From positions 62,001 to 126,000 of the forward strand of contig NIVC01002323.1 in NCBI GenBank assembly GCA_002269645.1: 64,000 bases of DNA, read 5' to 3'. The position numbers were made by a program, and so were the translations under genes. Each line of letters opens with the position of its first letter. Within the stretch, counting starts at the first letter, position 1. Below, piece by piece: positions 12,448 through 22,017 of the stretch. The notes below the pieces were generated by a model, which was given only the letters and a program-made list of their open reading frames with translations, was not told the DNA's origin and made no database searches. Source of the stretch: Macrostomum lignano (taxonomy: Eukaryota).

Positions 12448-15279
12448 GTGCTTGGAAGAGAGACACGCGAGGGGGTCCACGGCCAACCCCTCTCAGCCAA
12501 TGAGAGAAAAGGGGTGGGTGCGCCGCACCGCCCAATGCCCCAGTCAGAGGGGGACGAGAGGCTTTTCGCGGAGGGCATCGTGGCTAGCGGCCTTAACCAG
12601 ATCGATCCGAAGCCGGCTGGCAAAACAAAATCAAGAATAACTAGAGCCCAAGCGCGTAAACAACGGAAAGAGTACAACAAAACGAGACAAGAAACTGCAA
12701 TGCGCCCTATAACATTGGATTACGAGGCGGCCCTACAAGACGACAAGGAGTTGCAAGCAGCGGTACAAACCAACGACTTGGTGAAGGAAAGCCGCGGCAG
12801 ACTGTTTCGGCATCAAGCAGCTGGAGAGGACCAACTGGTGCTTCCGAAGGCTCTGCGTGCTTCGTCTACGAAGGACTTCGTAGCAACGTGCGACAAGTGT
12901 CAGAAGACGGCTCGAGTCCCAGGCAATCACAAGGTACCACTAGTCCAAGTGCCTGGAGTGGAGGAGGCCTTCACCAAAGTTATCATCGATATCAGTGGAC
13001 CGTATACGAGGACTGCGAGTGGTCACCAGTACATCCTGTCGATTATCGATGCGGCTACTCGATTCCCCGAAGGAGTCCCGCTGCGAAAGATCGACGCTGA
13101 GTCTGTAGCGAAGGCATTGGTGGACTGCTTCGTGAGGACTGGATTCCCGAGGGAGATCCAGAGCGATAAGGGTACTAACTTTTCATCAGCACTGCTGCAG
13201 GCCCTGTACCGGTGTACCGGGGTCGAGGGCATCCAGTCGACGCCGTACCATCCGCAAAGCCAGGCGTTGGTGGAGAGGTTCCACGGCACTCTCAAGAATA
13301 TGTTGAGGAGACTACCAGCTCGCGAGAAAAAGAAGTGGGACCAGTACCTACCGTATCTGCTGTTCGCCATTCGGGAGGTGCCCAACGAAACAACTGGCTT
13401 CTCCCCATTCGAACTTTCGTATGGACGCACTGTGCGGGGACCGCTAGATCTACTGCGGCAGACCTGGGATGAGCAGCTCTCCGAAGAGAAGAAGGACATC
13501 ATCTCGTTCGTGCTGGCTCAGAGAGACCGACTGCGGGCTGGCCAGGAAGCGGCACGGAACAGCGAAGAGCTAGCACGGAAGCGTCAGAAACTCTGGTACG
13601 ACCGGCAGTCGCGGGAACGAGAGTTGCAGCCCGGAGATCAGGTGCTGCTGCTGCTGCCATCGTCATCCAAGAAGCTTCACGCTGAATGGCGCGGTTTCTA
13701 TGAAGTACTGGAGAGGTGCAGCGATGTGAACTACCGGATCCGGATGGGCCCTGCGACAAACACGTTTCATGTCAACCTGCTTAAGAAGTACAATTCACGA
13801 GAGGCGGTTTTGATGCAGCTTCCAGCGGCAGCTACGAGTGCTCCTGAGTTGTCCGAACATCTGACACCTGCCGAGAGGGATCGTCTCCTGGAGCTGGTGC
13901 AGGACTTCGCGGGCGTCTTCAGCGAGACCCCGGGGAGGACTGACCTAGTGGAGCACCGTATCCGGACGACATCTGACCGCGTAGTGCGCATCCGGCCGCG
14001 ACGGGAGCCGCAGGCGCATCGGCAGGTGCTCCAAGAGGAGATTCAACGCATGCTGGACCTCAGGGTGATCGAACCATCTGACAGTGACTACTGCTCCCCG
14101 GTCTGTCTGGTGGCCAAGAAGGACGGCTCAGTCCGGTTCACTGTCAACTGCAAGGCGCTGAATGAGCTGGTGGCCTTCGACTCCTATCCGATGAAGAACA
14201 TCGAGGACCTACTGGAGCGGGTCGCCAAGGCCAAGTTCAGATCTAAGCTAGACTGCTGCAAGGGCTACTGGCAAATTCCACTGTACCAGGATTCAAAGCG
14301 ATTGACGGCTTTCGCGGCCTGTGGCAAGCTGTATCAATTTATTGTGATGCCCATGGGCTTAAACTGCAGCAGCGCGACGTACCAGAGGCTCATGGACAAG
14401 CTGTTCCAAGGGCTGGACAACACGGACTCCTACATCGATGACATCGCCGTGTTTAGCGCGACATTCGAGCAGCACGTCAAGGACCTGAGGGAAGTATTCG
14501 GTCGCCTTAAGGCTGCCGGTCTAACGGTGCAACCCCGAAAGTGCTACCTGGGCGGCAACTCTGCTGACTACCTGGGTTTCAAGCTCGGCGGAGGTGAGAT
14601 CGGTACAAGCGAGGACCGAGTGCGGACAATCACGGCGCTGGCTCAGCCCCGGACCAAGGCTCAGCTGCGATCTGTGCTCGGAGTGCTCAACCACTACCGT
14701 CGGTTCGTGCCCGATTACTCAGAAAAGGTGGCGGCCCTGACGGACCTCACGAAGAAGTCGGCACCCGATGACCTGACGGCGGCCTGGGGAGAGCAGCAGA
14801 CGCGAGCCTTCGAGACTGTGAAATCTCTGCTGGCGAGCGAGCCGGTGCTGCGCGCGCCGGACTACAGTCGGCAGTTCACCTTGGAGACTGACAGCTCGGA
14901 GACTGGGATCGGCGCGGTGCTAACGCAAGAGTTCGAGGACGGCATCCATCCCGTGCTATTCGTATCTCGGCGGCTGACTTCGGCGGAGCGGAGCTACGCG
15001 ACGATCGAGAAGGAGTGCCTCGCCGTGCGCTGGGCGGTCGAGAAGCTGCGGCACTACCTGCTAGGCCGCCGGTTCGTCATCAAGTCCGACCATAAGCCGC
15101 TGCAGTACCTGCAGATGGACCACGCCAACCCACGACTCCAGCGGTGGGCCTTCTATCTGTCCGGCTATGACTACGAGATCCAGTACCAGCCAGGCGAAAG
15201 CAACACGGTGGCCGATGGTCTCAGCAGGATCTGGGCTAGGGACCGACCAAGTGATTTAGTGACCGACCAAGTGATTTAG
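12448..15279 (+). CDS. pol remainder: integrase, then reverse transcriptase, then RNase H
   Basis: rve core (IDISGP, IIDAATRFP, QSDKGTNF, TPYHPQSQALVERFHGTLK), RT (YPM, KLDCCKGYWQ, MPMGL, YIDD), RH (LETDSS, ERSYATIEKECLAV, SDHKPL). The His-His half of the IN zinc finger appears deleted in frame (LPKALRAS..CDKCQ). Removing the Harbinger restores DAPST|VLGR in frame with the protease. Confidence 0.92.
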   Translation: MLGRETREGVHGQPLSANERKGVGAPHRPMPQSEGDERLFAEGIVASGLNQIDPKPAGKTKSRITRAQARKQRKEYNKTRQETAMRPITLDYEAALQDDKELQAAVQTNDLVKESRGRLFRHQAAGEDQLVLPKALRASSTKDFVATCDKCQKTARVPGNHKVPLVQVPGVEEAFTKVIIDISGPYTRTASGHQYILSIIDAATRFPEGVPLRKIDAESVAKALVDCFVRTGFPREIQSDKGTNFSSALLQALYRCTGVEGIQSTPYHPQSQALVERFHGTLKNMLRRLPAREKKKWDQYLPYLLFAIREVPNETTGFSPFELSYGRTVRGPLDLLRQTWDEQLSEEKKDIISFVLAQRDRLRAGQEAARNSEELARKRQKLWYDRQSRERELQPGDQVLLLLPSSSKKLHAEWRGFYEVLERCSDVNYRIRMGPATNTFHVNLLKKYNSREAVLMQLPAAATSAPELSEHLTPAERDRLLELVQDFAGVFSETPGRTDLVEHRIRTTSDRVVRIRPRREPQAHRQVLQEEIQRMLDLRVIEPSDSDYCSPVCLVAKKDGSVRFTVNCKALNELVAFDSYPMKNIEDLLERVAKAKFRSKLDCCKGYWQIPLYQDSKRLTAFAACGKLYQFIVMPMGLNCSSATYQRLMDKLFQGLDNTDSYIDDIAVFSATFEQHVKDLREVFGRLKAAGLTVQPRKCYLGGNSADYLGFKLGGGEIGTSEDRVRTITALAQPRTKAQLRSVLGVLNHYRRFVPDYSEKVAALTDLTKKSAPDDLTAAWGEQQTRAFETVKSLLASEPVLRAPDYSRQFTLETDSSETGIGAVLTQEFEDGIHPVLFVSRRLTSAERSYATIEKECLAVRWAVEKLRHYLLGRRFVIKSDHKPLQYLQMDHANPRLQRWAFYLSGYDYEIQYQPGESNTVADGLSRIWARDRPSDLVTDQVI

Positions 15280-15318
15280 AGACTGACCAAGTGATTTAGA
15301 GACTGACTGAGCGATTTA
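15241..15318 (+). repeat. Four 20-bp tandem repeats overlapping the pol stop
   Basis: gac(c/t)gaccaagtgatttag(t/a) three times plus one degenerate unit. Confidence 0.85.
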
Positions 15319-15434
15319 ACTTTTATTCAAGTCATTAGTGGCCAAGTTTGCATTGTTTTTTGTAAGACATATCCGAACTTTGCGTGACCCTGCGATTGAT
15401 TTTTGGCTTGCGATTTTTCCGGCTTCGATCTTTT

Positions 15435-15443
15435 GGTGGAGGG
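15435..15443 (+). promoter_or_regulatory. Polypurine tract of the LTR element
   Basis: GGTGGAGGG immediately before the 3' LTR. Confidence 0.65.
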
Positions 15444-15604
15444 TGTGACGGTGGACTTTTCTTTGTGCCACCCCATTTTTGATCAGTCTATAAATAGACC
15501 TGGTGCGCGTTAGAGGGCGATACTTGTTTTCTTGGTTTTGGCTCAGTTAGGAGCCTTGGACAATCAATCTCATTCTTATTTATTTACAAGAATGCAACAT
15601 TGGG

Positions 15605-15898
15605 CCACACACATCAATTACTGCAGCGAGTAAAACCGAAAATTTCAATCAGCTGAGACAACGCTACTCCGACGTTGTTCCAGGTCCAGATAGCATGAGA
15701 GCCAGAGAGCATCATGCGCTACCTCCAGGCCACCCGCAGGGCTGAACTCTCCTTTCCAGTGAGCACCATAGCTGCTGCGACACCAGAGACCTCCCTGGGT
15801 GGCATGGCGCCAACCCTTCGTCCATAGCGACGCGTCGGCCGTTCAGGGATCAGTTATATATGTGCTCTCTGGAAAGGAGAGTCAAAGACAAAGTCAAG
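15605..15898 (+). mobile_element. LINE A, 3' remainder after the LTR insertion
   Basis: Resumes LTYLG|PHT as in the second copy (48572-50074). Ends in a degenerate agtcaaagacaaagtcaag tail resembling that copy's (AAGTC)n tail. Confidence 0.8.
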
Positions 15899-16878
15899 CA
15901 GCCTCAACAACAATAGCTGTTAAACGTCGATCCAGCATCAACCATCAAGGATGGACTGATGAAAATTGGCACAAGAATTAGCACAGCTTTGCGACCTGGA
16001 GAGACTACTAACAACAGTAGCAACAGAGAGGCTGCAGCTTCACCAAACAGATCGAACAGAAAGTCCATGCCTAAGGAAAACACCAGCAAGGCAAACAGCA
16101 GCTGCCCCGGTGCTGCTGAATCAACCTGTCGCCAAGCCGCTGCTGGTTTTAAAACTGGTTTTGCGGAATTATAGTTACCGGAGCTGCATTTGAATACTAA
16201 TTATCGTCTTTCTTGTATCTTTTATTTGCTGTTGCAAAACATCTTGTAGAGACGGACAAGCACTTGAAGGGAAACAAGTCTTCAAACTGCTGGCTACTGT
16301 CATTATTTTTATTCCTAAATTTGCTCAATTTGGCAAGTTGATTTGATAAGGAAAAAGAAAAAGGCTTGAGAAATACCAGGCGAGAAGAAAAAGCCTACGG
16401 TGACATGCCAGTCAAAACTGCCAGTGAGAAAGGGTTGTTGACAGCAGGAGGTTTATACACAGCTTAAATTATCAATTCTGTAGAATATGATGATTGCTAA
16501 AAAAGCAAGTAATACGAGTAAACTAATAAAAAATGCACTTCAGAGGCCAGATGCTCCTATAACAAATTGCTACGCTTGTCATAAAAGGTTTCTATCATGA
16601 CAGCTTCACTAGCTTCGACTAACACAGAAGAGCTAAAAAATAATCAATAAAAAGTAAAGATCCAACAGTGTCAGCAAAACAACATATTCTTGGCACAAAA
16701 AGAGGGCCAATAACAAACAAGGATGTTAGCAGAACACGCAGCGAATGGCAGCAAATTCTGATAAAAACGGGACTCCAGCAAGCTCCGAAGAGCTGCAGAA
16801 CTCCAAGGACTTCGAGCGTAGACTGCAGCTGCAGCACAAAATCGCGCCATTCAGCTACACAGTTTCAACTTCCCAACA

Positions 16879-18017
16879 ATGAATCAACTGCTGGCATTTC
16901 TAGCAATTGCCTTGACAACAACTTCTGCTGCTGTCATCCTAAATGAGGTGCACAGCAGCAGCTGGTCGGGCGGTCAAATCCGCCACTTCCTCGTCTCCTC
17001 CATCAACCAAGCCAGCGATGTGCTGCAGTGCGCTGCACAGGCTGCCAAGCACCTGCTCGCTCACCAGCTGCTGGTCTTCATCCCTCGAGACGGTGCTCAG
17101 CAGCCCCAGTGCATCGTGGGTGAGTGAGTCCTGGCTGCATGCTCGATGCCTTAAACCTGATGAAGCTGCTCACCCAGCTGAGCTCATTCGCATTCCAGCA
17201 AACCGAAGTGGCGCTGTGTGTCGCAGACTGACGCCTCACACTCACCAGTCTCCGTGCTGCATCAGGGTGAGTAGCAAGCGTGCACTGACTCACCTGACAG
17301 CCAGGTAACTGACAGCACTTGCCTGACCGCAGCTCTCAATGCCTCACTGCAGGTGTTTGTGACGTCACTCAGCGACTGCTGGATCAGCATCCAGCGTCGG
17401 GTGGACAACTCGACAGACTTCTATCGCAACTGGACCGAGTACGCAGCCGGCTTCGGAGAGGGAGCCCACACGAACCACTGGCTCGGTGAGTGCAGTGCAG
17501 TGCGGTCATGACGGTATTGATGCACTTTTTGATAGCGCTGGCCTCCTGTGGCTGTGAGCTGCTCAGCATTGAGCTGTGCTTGACAACTGCAGGTCTGCGA
17601 GCTGTGCACTCTCTGACCTGGCCGTCTGGTCGAGCACTTCGCATGCGAATGAGGCTGTGGAATGGCACGGAGTTCTGGGCCGACTACTCCAGCTTCTCCG
17701 TGGCCAGCGAGGCCGACAAGTTTCGGCTGAGCATCTCGGGGTTCTCCGCCAGCCACCCTGGCGTTGGAGACTGCATGGCCTTCCACAATGGCATGAAGTT
17801 CAGCACACACGACAAGGACAATCACGCATCGAGGCGGAACTGCGCCAAACAGTTTCGCGGAAGTTGGTGGTACTCGGCGTGCCACAGGACGAATCCAAAC
17901 GGTTTGTACTTTTATCCGCCCGCTGCTTTGCACACGGAAGAGTTCGCCATGGGAATCAACTGGTACTTTCCATTTGGCTACTTCTATTCAGTCAAGGAAA
18001 TCGAGATGCTCATCTGA
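16879..18017 (+). CDS. Secreted FReD protein, copy 2, 4 exons
   Basis: Exons 16879-17119, 17178-17266, 17305-17485, 17593-18017. Collinear with copy 1 at an offset of 16195, same motifs, intact frame. Confidence 0.92.
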
Positions 18018-18805
18018 GTGGAGTTTACTGGTTTCTGGCTGTCTTTTCGGAAGCTGAATACTAAAGCGTTGCGTAATTTATACAACAGTTGCGTTAAAAA
18101 AATAAATAACGAATCTAAGTACGAAAATTAGTCGTGCGCGTATATGATGATTTGAAATCGAAGCTTAAAATCATTTACTTTATTTTATCAGTTTCAGTGT
18201 ACATTCGCCACTAATCTCACATAAAATGTAAGATAAAAATACATAAATAGTTAATAATGGATAAATAGCTGTGCTTATAGCCGGCTTTTAAATTAAAGCG
18301 CACAGGAAGCACAAGACGTTGACTAACTGTTTTTAAAAGTTGAAATTTGTTCAATAAAAAAGCTCAAGAATGAACTAGAGACAGTTTAACTAGAGTTTGC
18401 AATCGAACAAAGGATCTCATCATGTTGTGTAAAAAGGACAAAAAAGTACACAATATTGATGGGGGTAGAAAATGGTTCAGGGGGGGGGCTGACGGTAGTG
18501 TCTCAGCTGAAGTGATGCTTTTTTCTGTTGTTTGTCAGATTTCATTAAACTCTGGCCACAGATACTAAAATAACTAGATGGGCTGTATGCTTAGTAAAAC
18601 AGCTTTCTACTATCAGTTCAGTAGCAAAGAAGAATACATAAGCTATTTTATAAAAGCAAGGCAGCTGAAATGACTTTGATAAGTTTAGAAGGCCAAGCTT
18701 GCAGGCGTAAACAACTTGCTAATTGGTTCAGAAATAATGTACATTTAGCCTCTGAAATGTACATGGCAGCTTTAGGCTGGAATTCCGAGTTAAGGCAAAA
18801 AAATT

Positions 18806-18960
18806 GGGGTGGGGCGGGGCGGGGGTAGTGTGGAAAGGCGCGGTTGGAGGTTTAAGTGGGGGGGGGTAACCACGCGAGCAGCCTATAAAACCAGAGCGGG
18901 GGTGGGTGCGCGCGGGGCAGAGAGACGGAGGGGGAGGGGGAGCGACGGGGGGAGAGAGAG
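18806..18960 (+). promoter_or_regulatory. G-rich island: G-quadruplex/GC-box motif and TATA-like box
   Basis: GGGGTGGGGCGGGGCGGGGG at 18806-18825, TATAAAA at 18884-18890, further G-runs to ~18950, in an AT-rich background. Function not shown. Confidence 0.4.
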
Positions 18961-19217
18961 TACGCACGGAGTACAAAGGCGCCAGGGCAGGGGGAGAGCG
19001 CAAAGGAGCGGTGCCCGACCGGTCATTAACAACCGTAAACGTCACTCCGTGAAGGGGCACGCTTACGGGCAATAAATGAACCTTGGCTTTAAAAATACAT
19101 TAAAATGCTTCTGTTTAACTTGCTACTGAACTGAAAGTAGCTTACACGCAAATGTGCTGAGTGGCCCAACTAGTTATTCTAGTATCTGTGACTCTGGCCT
19201 GCAAGGCCTTTTGCACT

Positions 19218-19985
19218 TCAAGGTTTTAAGGGAAGCCAGGATCGACGCGGGGCCGAAGGACACGGCGGCAGCGGCTTCTGCGGCGGCAAAACCTGAACAG
19301 GCGTTGCTGCAGCTTCCGCGTTCCGCTTCATCCGCGGCGGCGGCACCGGAGCGGCGGCGGCTGCGCTATTAAAATAATTCTCACGCAACGCATCAAGCGA
19401 CTCGTGCGCAGACTCGCGCTTGCGTCGTTCGTCTTCAAATTTGGCGTGCGAGGCGCTCGCCTCGGCTAGTAGGCGCGAGCGTTCGAGCTCGAGTTCGGCG
19501 CGTCGACTTGTCGCCGATGCCAGACCGATCGATAGGCGATGGATTTCCTGGCGAAGAGATTCGACTGAATTTGATGGAGATTCGAGCTCTGTTTTAGTTG
19601 CATTTCCGGTTTCAATGGCACTTCCGGTTCCAATGGCACTTCTGAATTTACCGGTACTTCCGGTTGCACCGGTACTTTCGGTTGGACCGGCACTTTCGGT
19701 TGGACCGGCACTTCCGGTTGGACCGGTACTTCCGGTTGCACCGGTATTTCCGGTTTCAATATTGCTACCAAATCCAGCTTTTGTACCACTATTTTCTGTT
19801 TCCACTGAAAAGTTAGCTGTTGCTCCTAAACTATTTAATTCCTTCAAGTAGCGGTGCACTTCTGCCTGAAGATGATCAAATTCGTCCGATTCTCGCTGCC
19901 AATCAGCGCGCTGACGCTGCCAAAATTCTAGCCACTGCTGATTAGCCAGGGATAGCTGCGCAAAAATGAGTTGATTGAATAGCAT
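19218..19985 (-). CDS. Orphan 255-aa ORF: coiled coils, short Gly-X-Y-like repeat, Ala/Pro-rich tail
   Basis: Open ATG-to-stop frame. TGATGSTGPTGSAGPTESAGPTESTGATGSTG segment. Heptad-like stretches (LRQEIHRL..LELERSRLL..ERRKRE). No family recognised. Confidence 0.55.
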   Translation of the reverse strand: MLFNQLIFAQLSLANQQWLEFWQRQRADWQRESDEFDHLQAEVHRYLKELNSLGATANFSVETENSGTKAGFGSNIETGNTGATGSTGPTGSAGPTESAGPTESTGATGSTGKFRSAIGTGSAIETGNATKTELESPSNSVESLRQEIHRLSIGLASATSRRAELELERSRLLAEASASHAKFEDERRKRESAHESLDALRENYFNSAAAAAPVPPPRMKRNAEAAATPVQVLPPQKPLPPCPSAPRRSWLPLKP

Positions 19986-20114
19986 AAATGTTCAATTATC
20001 TATATTTAATAATCAATAAGAGGAGCAAAATATACCTTAGGGGAAAAGTTGAAAGCTATTAAAAAAGCTGTATAACTGTTAAGTTAGCCATAAAGCTTTT
20101 TAATAGCTTGAAGT

Positions 20115-20365
20115 AGGGTTGGTGTCCAAATGGAGCTCTCTAGTTGGCTGGAGTGGGGTGGGTGTCCAAATGGAGCTCTCTGAATGGCTGGAGTGGGGTG
20201 GGTGTCCAAACGGAGTTCTTTGAATGGCTGGAGTGAAATGGTTGTCCGAAGGCAGCTTTCTAATTGGCTGGAGTGGATTGGGTGTTCAACTGGAGCTTTC
20301 TTATTGGCTGGAGTAGTGTGGGTGCCAAATGAAGCTTTCTAATTGGCTGAGGTAGTATTAGAATG
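20115..20365. repeat. ~40-bp tandem repeat, ~6 copies, several with CCAAT on the minus strand
   Basis: Unit ~gggtgtccaaatggagctctct(a/g)attggctggagtggggt. Confidence 0.8.
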
Positions 20366-20432
20366 ACTCACATCAGCATTATCTTTTAACAGCTTTTCCA
20401 ATTCCTGGGATTCAAGAGAATCGTTAGATGGT

Positions 20433-20723
20433 TCAGCGGTTACGGCGAGACGTTCTGGTGACGACTTTGACTGAGGATGCTTCTAGAATAAAGAGTTGAT
20501 ATTGATTGTTAAATAAAATTTTCAAGTACTTACGACTTAACCAGGACTGGGTAAAGTTTTTAATTACCTTTAATTCAGACGCCATCAAAACATCTACCAG
20601 CTGCATCACAGAAGCTGCAGTCTCTTTAGACTGAAACAAGCTACTAATTTCGGATTGCAGCAGAGAGCGTCCTTTCTCAATAATTTCTTTTTCCGAAACT
20701 TTCGAGGCTAGACTGGAAGACAT
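20433..20723 (-). CDS. Orphan 96-aa ORF (possible 51-nt in-frame intron gtaagt..ttctag)
   Basis: ATG-started helical-looking sequence MSSSLASKVSEKEIIEKGRSLLQSEI. No homology recognised. Confidence 0.35.
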   Translation of the reverse strand: MSSSLASKVSEKEIIEKGRSLLQSEISSLFQSKETAASVMQLVDVLMASELKVIKNFTQSWLSRKYLKILFNNQYQLFILEASSVKVVTRTSRRNR

Positions 20724-20825
20724 TTTGCTTGCTGAAATTCATTATGGATGCGCTTTGATTTGCAATTATGAAAATCTTGCATCGTAAATTCTCATTTAAA
20801 GTAATTTAATCCTTAGAAGACGAGA

Positions 20826-21240
20826 ATCTCACCCCAATATAACCAATAGAGCCGAAATCTCGCCCTTAAGAGTCAGTAGATCCGAAATCTCACCCCTAAG
20901 AAGCATTAGATCCGAGATCTCACCCCTAAGAATCATTGGATCTGGAATCTCACCCCTAAGAATTATTGGATCCGAAATCTCACCCCTAAGAATCATTGGA
21001 TCCGAAATCTCACCCCTAAGAAGCATTAGATGTTAAATCTCACCCCTAAGAAGCATTAGATCCGAAATCTCACCACTAAGAAGCATTAGATGATAAATCT
21101 CACTCCTAAGAAGCATTAGATCCGAGATCTCACTCCTAAGAAACATGAGATTCAAAATCTCACACTTTAGAAGCATTAGATCCGAAATCTCACCCCTAAG
21201 AATCATTGGATTCGAAATCTCACCCCTAAGAATCATTAAA
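20826..21240. repeat. 30-bp minisatellite, ~13 copies; reads as an (ILRGEISDPM)n decapeptide on the minus strand
   Basis: Unit gatccgaaatctcacccctaagaa(t/g)catt(a/g). ORFs 21033-21317 and 20829-21026 share a frame, separated by a single TAA. Confidence 0.85.
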
Positions 21241-21575
21241 AATAATTTATTGCTTAATAAGTAAATTAAAAGATTTAATAAACAAACTAGCAATAGCGAA
21301 TACAAAATAGTCATCAAATTATCAATCAGTTAATGTTTATAAAGCTTTTAAAATTGATTGGCAATCAAAAGAATGCAAAGTACCTTTCTAAATAGCAAAT
21401 TTAATCAGATTAGCGGATGAAGGCTAAAAGTCACAGCCAGCAACAAATATCACCAGGAATTGACTTCGAAAAATACATTATCAAATGTTACATGTAAATT
21501 GCAACCATTAATGCGAATGTGTCCACATGTGTCAATGTTGAATCAATGTTCAATTTTGGGAAGCTGCAATCTTCA

Positions 21576-21739
21576 TCAATATGATAGTGCCGAGGGTGGC
21601 AGAACTTTGTACGGATTGAGAATCCCTTGGGGATCCAGCAGTCGCTTGATGCCCGCCATCACGGATACAGCTGTTGGGCTCTTGCAGTGACCTGCGGATG
21701 GCAGAAATAGTGCTCTGACTGGCTGACTCTGTCTGTCTA

Positions 21740-21806
<67 letters not shown>

Positions 21807-21877
21807 TAGTGTCTGTCTGTCTGTCTGTCTGTCTGTCTGCCTGTCTGTCTCTCTGTCTGCCTGTCTGTCTGTCTGCC

Positions 21878-21949
<72 letters not shown>

Positions 21950-21962
21950 AGTCAGTCAGTCA

Positions 21963-22017
<55 letters not shown>

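Larger units (their letters stand above)
4563..15599 (+). mobile_element. Gmr1-like Ty3/Gypsy LTR retrotransposon, defective, carrying nested insertions
   Basis: 156-bp TG..CA LTRs at 4563-4718 and 15444-15599 with one mismatch (gataag/gatcag). 5-bp TSD TTGGG at 4558-4562 and 15600-15604. PBS and PPT present. Domain order gag-PR-IN-RT-RH. Confidence 0.95.

Noticed and set aside
15904-16193. Short overlapping ORFs between LINE A and the FReD2 upstream region
   Set aside because: No recognisable motif or supported splice structure.
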